This document shows positions 58,901 through 64,000 of a stretch of 64,000 nucleotides of DNA, in pieces; the first letter of the stretch is position 1; each line of letters begins with the position of its first letter. A program made the translations under genes and the position numbers. Source of the DNA: Eledone cirrhosa (Eukaryota); the NCBI GenBank assembly GCA_964016885.1, contig OZ024760.1, forward strand, positions 1,116,001 to 1,180,000. Direction: 5' to 3'. The notes beneath the pieces were generated by a model. That model worked only from the letters and a program-made list of their open reading frames with translations, was not told the origin of the DNA and did not search any database.

Positions 58901-60830
58901 ACTCTCACCTCTTACTGTTCAAACCAGCCATATCTGGCCAGAACACTCTCACCTCTTACTGTTCAAACCAGCCATATCTGGCTAGAACACTCTCACCTCT
59001 TTCTGTTCAAACCAGCCATATCTGGCCAGAACACTCTCACCTCTTTCTGTTCAAACCAGCCATATCTGGCTAGAACACTCTCACCTCTTACTGTTCAAAC
59101 CAGCCATATCTGGCCAGAACACTCTCACCTCTTTCTGTTCAAACCAGCCATATCTGGCCAGAACACTCTCACCTCTTACTGTTCAAACCAGCCATATCTG
59201 GCCAGAACACTCTCACCTCTTACTGTTCAAACCAGCCATATCTGGCTAGAACACTCTCACCTCTTTCTGTTCAAACCAGCCATATCTGGCCAGAACACTC
59301 TCACCTCTTTCTGTTCAAACCAGCCATATCTGGCCAGAACACTCTCACCTCTTACTGTTCAAACCAGCCATATCTGGCCAGAACTCTCTCACCTCTTACT
59401 GTTCAAACCAGCCATATCTGGCCAGAACACTCTCACCTCTTTCTGTTCAAACCAGCCATATCTGGCCAGAACACTCTCACCTCTTTCTGTTCAAACCAGC
59501 CATATCTGGCCAGAACACTCTCACCTCTTTCTGTTCAAACCAGCCATATCTGGCCAGAACACTCTCACCTCTTTCTGTTCAAACCAGCCATATCTGGCCA
59601 GAACACTCTCACCTCTTTCTGTTCAAACCAGCCATATCTGGCCAGAACACTCTCACCTCTTACTGTTCAAACCAGCCATATCTGGCCAGAACACTCTCAC
59701 CTCTTTCTGTTCAAACCAGCCATATCTGGCCAGAACACTCTCACCTCTTTCTGTTCAAACCAGCCATATCTGGCCAGAACACTCTCACATCTTTCTGTTC
59801 AAACCAGCCATATCTGGCCAGAACACTCTCACCTCTTACTGTTCAAACCAGCCATATCTGGCCAGAACACTCTCACCTCTTTCTGTTCAAACCAGCCATA
59901 TCTGGCCAGAACACTCTCACCTCTTTCTGTTCAAACCAGCCATATCTGGCCAGAACACTCTCACCTCTTTCTGTTCAAACCAGCCATATCTGGCCAGAAC
60001 ACTCTCACATCTTTCTGTTCAAACCAGCCATATCTGGCCAGAACACTCTCACCTCTTACTGTTCAAACCAGCCATATCTGACCAGAACACTCTCACCTCT
60101 TTCTGTTCAAACCAGCCATATCTGGCCAGAACACTCTCACCTCTTTCTGTTCAAACCAGCCATATCTGGCCAGAACACTCTCACCTCTTTCTGTTCAAAC
60201 CAGCCATATCTGGCTAGAACACTCTCACCTCTTTCTGTTCAAACCAGCCATATCTGGCCAGAACACTCTCACCTCTTACTGTTCAAACCAGCCATAACTG
60301 GCCAGAATTCTCTCACCTCTTTCTGTTCAAACCAGCCATATCTGGCCAGAACACTCTCACCTCTTACTGTTCAAACCAGCCATATCTGGCTAGAACACTC
60401 TCACCTCTTTCTGTTCAAACCAGCCATATCTGGCCAGAACACTCTCACCTCTTACTGTTCAAACCAGCCATATCTGGCCAGAATTCTCTCACCTCTTACT
60501 GTTCAAACCAGCCATATCTGGCCAGAACACACCCACTTCTTTCTGTTAAACCAGCCATATCTGACCAGAATTCTCTCACCTCTTTCTGTTCAAACCAGCC
60601 ATATCTGGCCAGAACACTCTCACCTCTTACTGTTCAAACCAGCCATATCTGACCAGAACTCTCTCACCTCTTTCTGTTCAAACCGGCTGTAACTGGCCGG
60701 TCATACCTACATTAAGGTATTGTTCTCAAAATAAATAATATCAAAATCTCATAGGTGAGATATTATGTAAGATAAAGCCTTTACTGTGAAAATACTATAG
60801 TCTATATAGAGTAATGTGAATGTTAAAGGG
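55957..60830 (+). mobile_element. piggyBac-type MITE inflated by internal satellite
   Basis: TTAA|CTCTTTAGCATT ... AATGTTAAAGGG|TTAA; right ~150 bp match 48980-49140. Confidence 0.85.
55990..60685. repeat. 44-bp satellite (~107 copies)
   Basis: CTCTCACCTCTT(A/T)CTGTTCAAACCAGCCATATCTGGCCAGAACA. Confidence 0.97.
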
Positions 60831-61317
60831 TTAAAAGTACTGGAGCAAAATGGAAAGTGTAGTGACTCCCTTTGAAAACCTCCATCAAAACCATCATAAC
60901 TATTGTTCGAGTAAAGTGTAAAGACCCCCCTTGGTTTGGAATGACCATGGATTTGCACTTAAAATGTTCCCGTCCAAGGCATAAGTCCAGGCAAGGTGTT
61001 TTTTGTGGAAGACCAGCAATCACCCATGTATACCTGTCTCCTCTCTACACAACTGATGTCGTCCAAGGGAAAGGCAATGGCTGATACAGCTTGGCACTAG
61101 AGACATCACAATTGTTTCTCTACAGCTGAGTATACTGGAGCGGTGTGAAATAATTTTATTTCAATGTCTTGCTCAAGGAAGGGTTCATCACACAACCCAG
61201 ACTGTCAACTGCTGAGGGTCAGAAGTGTGCTTTCACTGCTCATCTGAGGTAACACTGCACTAACAGACTACTGAGGGCCTGATGCATGTTTTCACTTCTC
61301 AGCTAAGGGAATTTTAA

Positions 61318-61745
61318 TCATTGTGGTTATGACTTCAGTGATTATGACATCATTGTGGTTATGACATCATTGTGGTTATGACTTCAGTGGTTATGACATC
61401 ATTGTGGTTATGACATCATTGTGGTTATGACATCAGTGGTTATGACTTCAGTGGTTATGACATCATTGTGGTTATGACATCAGTGGTTATGACTTCAGTG
61501 ATTATGACATCATTGTGGTTATGACATCAGTGGTTATGACTTCGCTGGTTATGACTTTGCTGGTTATTACTTCACTGGTTATGACTTCATTGTGGTTATG
61601 ACTTCATTGTGGTTATACTTCAGTGGTTATGACATCATTGTGGTTATACTTCAGTAGTTATGACATCATTGTGGTTATGAATTTTGTGGTTATGAATTTT
61701 GTGGTTATGAATTTTGTGGTTAGGACTTTTGTGGTTAGGACTTCA
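61318..61745. repeat. 15-17-bp minisatellite
   Basis: TGTGGTTATGACATCAT variants. Confidence 0.9.
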
Positions 61746-62297
61746 GTTTTCTGGGACATTTTTCAACGGGGAGTGGGGTTTATTTTTTTTTTTTCTCTTT
61801 CCTTTTTGTGAAACCCAGCCCTGCCTACCACAGGGTATGGCTCAAATCCCCACATGATCAGACTGCAGTCTGTTCTGTCCTCAGCCCTCACTTTCCATGG
61901 CAACAGTCCCAGATCCCCTGCAAAAAAATGTCATGATGTTACCCCCCCATCACATCCCAGCCCACACACTTTCTCCCTGCCACCTACCTCCCTTAAGCCA
62001 CCTACCCCCATCACGCCCTCGCCACACACTTTCTCCCTCTACCCCCGCCACCTCCCTTAAGCCACCGAAATGAATAATAATGATAAATAAACGAATAGAA
62101 TAAATAAATAAATGAATGAATAAATAGAAAAAAAAAAAATTAATAATTTACAGCCACTAGAGGGCAGCACATTGTTGTGGCATTAGATTTGGATCAGACA
62201 ACTGTCATTCAAATTATGGTAGAGGACGGGGGGGGGGGGCGTGGTAGAGGAATTTATAAAGAAATATGAAACCTATTCTTTTTGTTATTAGGACTGG

Positions 62298-64000
62298 ATG
62301 TGTGTGTTTATGTGTGTGTATTTATTTCTGTGTTTGTATTTATATGTGTATGTTTGTGTCTATTTATTTGTGTGTGTGTGTTTTTATGTGTCTGTATTTA
62401 TTTGTGTGTGTGTATTTATTTGTGTGTGTATTTATTTGTGTGTGTTTTTTGTGTCTGTATTTATTTGTGTGTGTGTGTATTTATTTGTGTGTGTGTGTAT
62501 TTATTTGTGTGTGTGTCTATTTATTTGTGTGTGTATTTATTTGTGTGTTTGTTGTGTCTATTTATTTGTGTGTGTGTTTGTGTGTATTTATTTGTGTGTG
62601 AGTGTGTGTGTTTATGTGTGTCTATTTATTTGTGTGTGTGTGTTTGTGTCTATTTAATTGTGTGTGTGTGTTTTTTTCCTGTATTTATTTGTGTGTGTGT
62701 GTGTTTGTGTCTGTATTTATGTGTGTGTGTTTGAGTGTGTTTGTGTCTATATTTATTTGTGTGTGTGTGTTTATGTGTTTGTGTCTGTATTTATTTGTGT
62801 GTGTGTTTATATGTGTATGTTTGTGTGTGTTTGTGTCTGTATTTATTTGTGTTTGTATGTGTGTGTTTATATGTCTGTATTTATTTGCGTGTGTGTGTTT
62901 ATATGTGTGTGTATGATTAATGAAAGTTAATATGCGTTTGTAGATGCAGATATATATGTTATGTATACGTATATATATGTATATACACGTTTCAGTATAT
63001 GTATGTGTAAATATATTTATATATATATATATACATATGTATGTGTAAATATATTTATACATATACACACACACACATATATATATATACATATATACAT
63101 ATACACATTTATACATATACACATTTATAAACTCACATTCACACATGTGTTTGAGCATTTATATATATAATATACACACACACTCACATGTATGTATATA
63201 TATAGTGTATATGTGTGTAGAGGGGTATATATATATATATGTGTGTGTGTATATATATATATATGAGTTTGTGTAAATATATAGATATATGTATATATAT
63301 GTCTATATATATCTGTGTAAATATATATATATATGTGTGTGTGTGTGTAAATATATAGATATATGTACATATATGTATGTGTGTGTAAATATATATATAT
63401 ATATATATATGTGTGTTTGTGTGTAAATATATAGATATAGGTATATATATGTCTATATATGTGTGTAAATATATATATATATATATGTATGTGTGTGTAA
63501 ATATATAGATATATGTATATATATGTCTATATATATGTGTGTGTAAATATATATATGTGTGTGTGTAAATATATAGATATATGTATATATATATATCTAT
63601 ATATATGTGTGTGTAAATATATATATGTGCGTGTGTAAATATATAGATGTGTATATATGTCTATATATATGTATGTGTAAATATATATATATATATGTGT
63701 AAATATATAGATATAGGTATATATATGTCTATATATATGTGTGTAAATATATATATATATATGTTTGTGTGTGTGTGTAAATATATATATATATGTGTGT
63801 GTAAATATATAGATATAGGTTTATATATGTCTATATATATGTGTGTGTAAATATATAGATATAGGTTTATATATGTCTATATATATGTGTGTGTAAATAT
63901 ATATATATGTGTGTGTGTGTAAATATATAGATATAGGTATATATATATATGTCTATATATATGTATGTGTAAATATATATATATATATATATGTGTGTAA
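62298..64000. repeat. (TG)n/(TA)n compound microsatellites
   Basis: Direct reading. Confidence 0.9.

Noticed and set aside
55990-60685. 44-bp array (and the 36-, 21- and 35-bp arrays) as CRISPR or repeat-protein genes
   Set aside because: Head-to-tail units with no unique spacers, no cas genes, eukaryotic context; open frames are a by-product of periodicity.

Overview
AT-rich eukaryotic (animal) DNA made almost entirely of repeats. The SINE/LINE families and dense (TA)n/(CA)n/(GGT)n microsatellites fit a cephalopod such as Octopus (inference). Nearly all ORF-track entries are translations of simple repeats. The real coding sequence belongs to transposons: (i) a young, 5'-truncated Penelope-like element (PLE; RT plus C-terminal GIY-YIG, ORF ending 21846) preceded by a near-identical 1.46-kb inverted copy of its own 3' half; (ii) a 5'-truncated CR1-type LINE RT (16255-17217); (iii) 3' ends of three RTE-type LINE families. 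Also present are tRNA-derived SINEs, a complete non-autonomous Helitron (28924-29450), Tc1/mariner MITEs and TTAA-flanked piggyBac-type MITEs, one inflated by a ~4.7-kb 44-bp satellite. The main hidden signal is about 20 intact or degenerate type-I hammerhead ribozyme (HHR) motifs from about 10 sequence families. They lie in short non-coding inserts in (TA)n, often as fold-backs with one outward-facing HHR per arm, which mirrors the autonomous PLE. Several share unusual stem-II features (C-C mismatch at pair 4; U-U or C-C at pair 10.1/11.1). Structures were read by eye; ribozyme activity and clade calls are inferences. No host gene could be established, only a few exon candidates.
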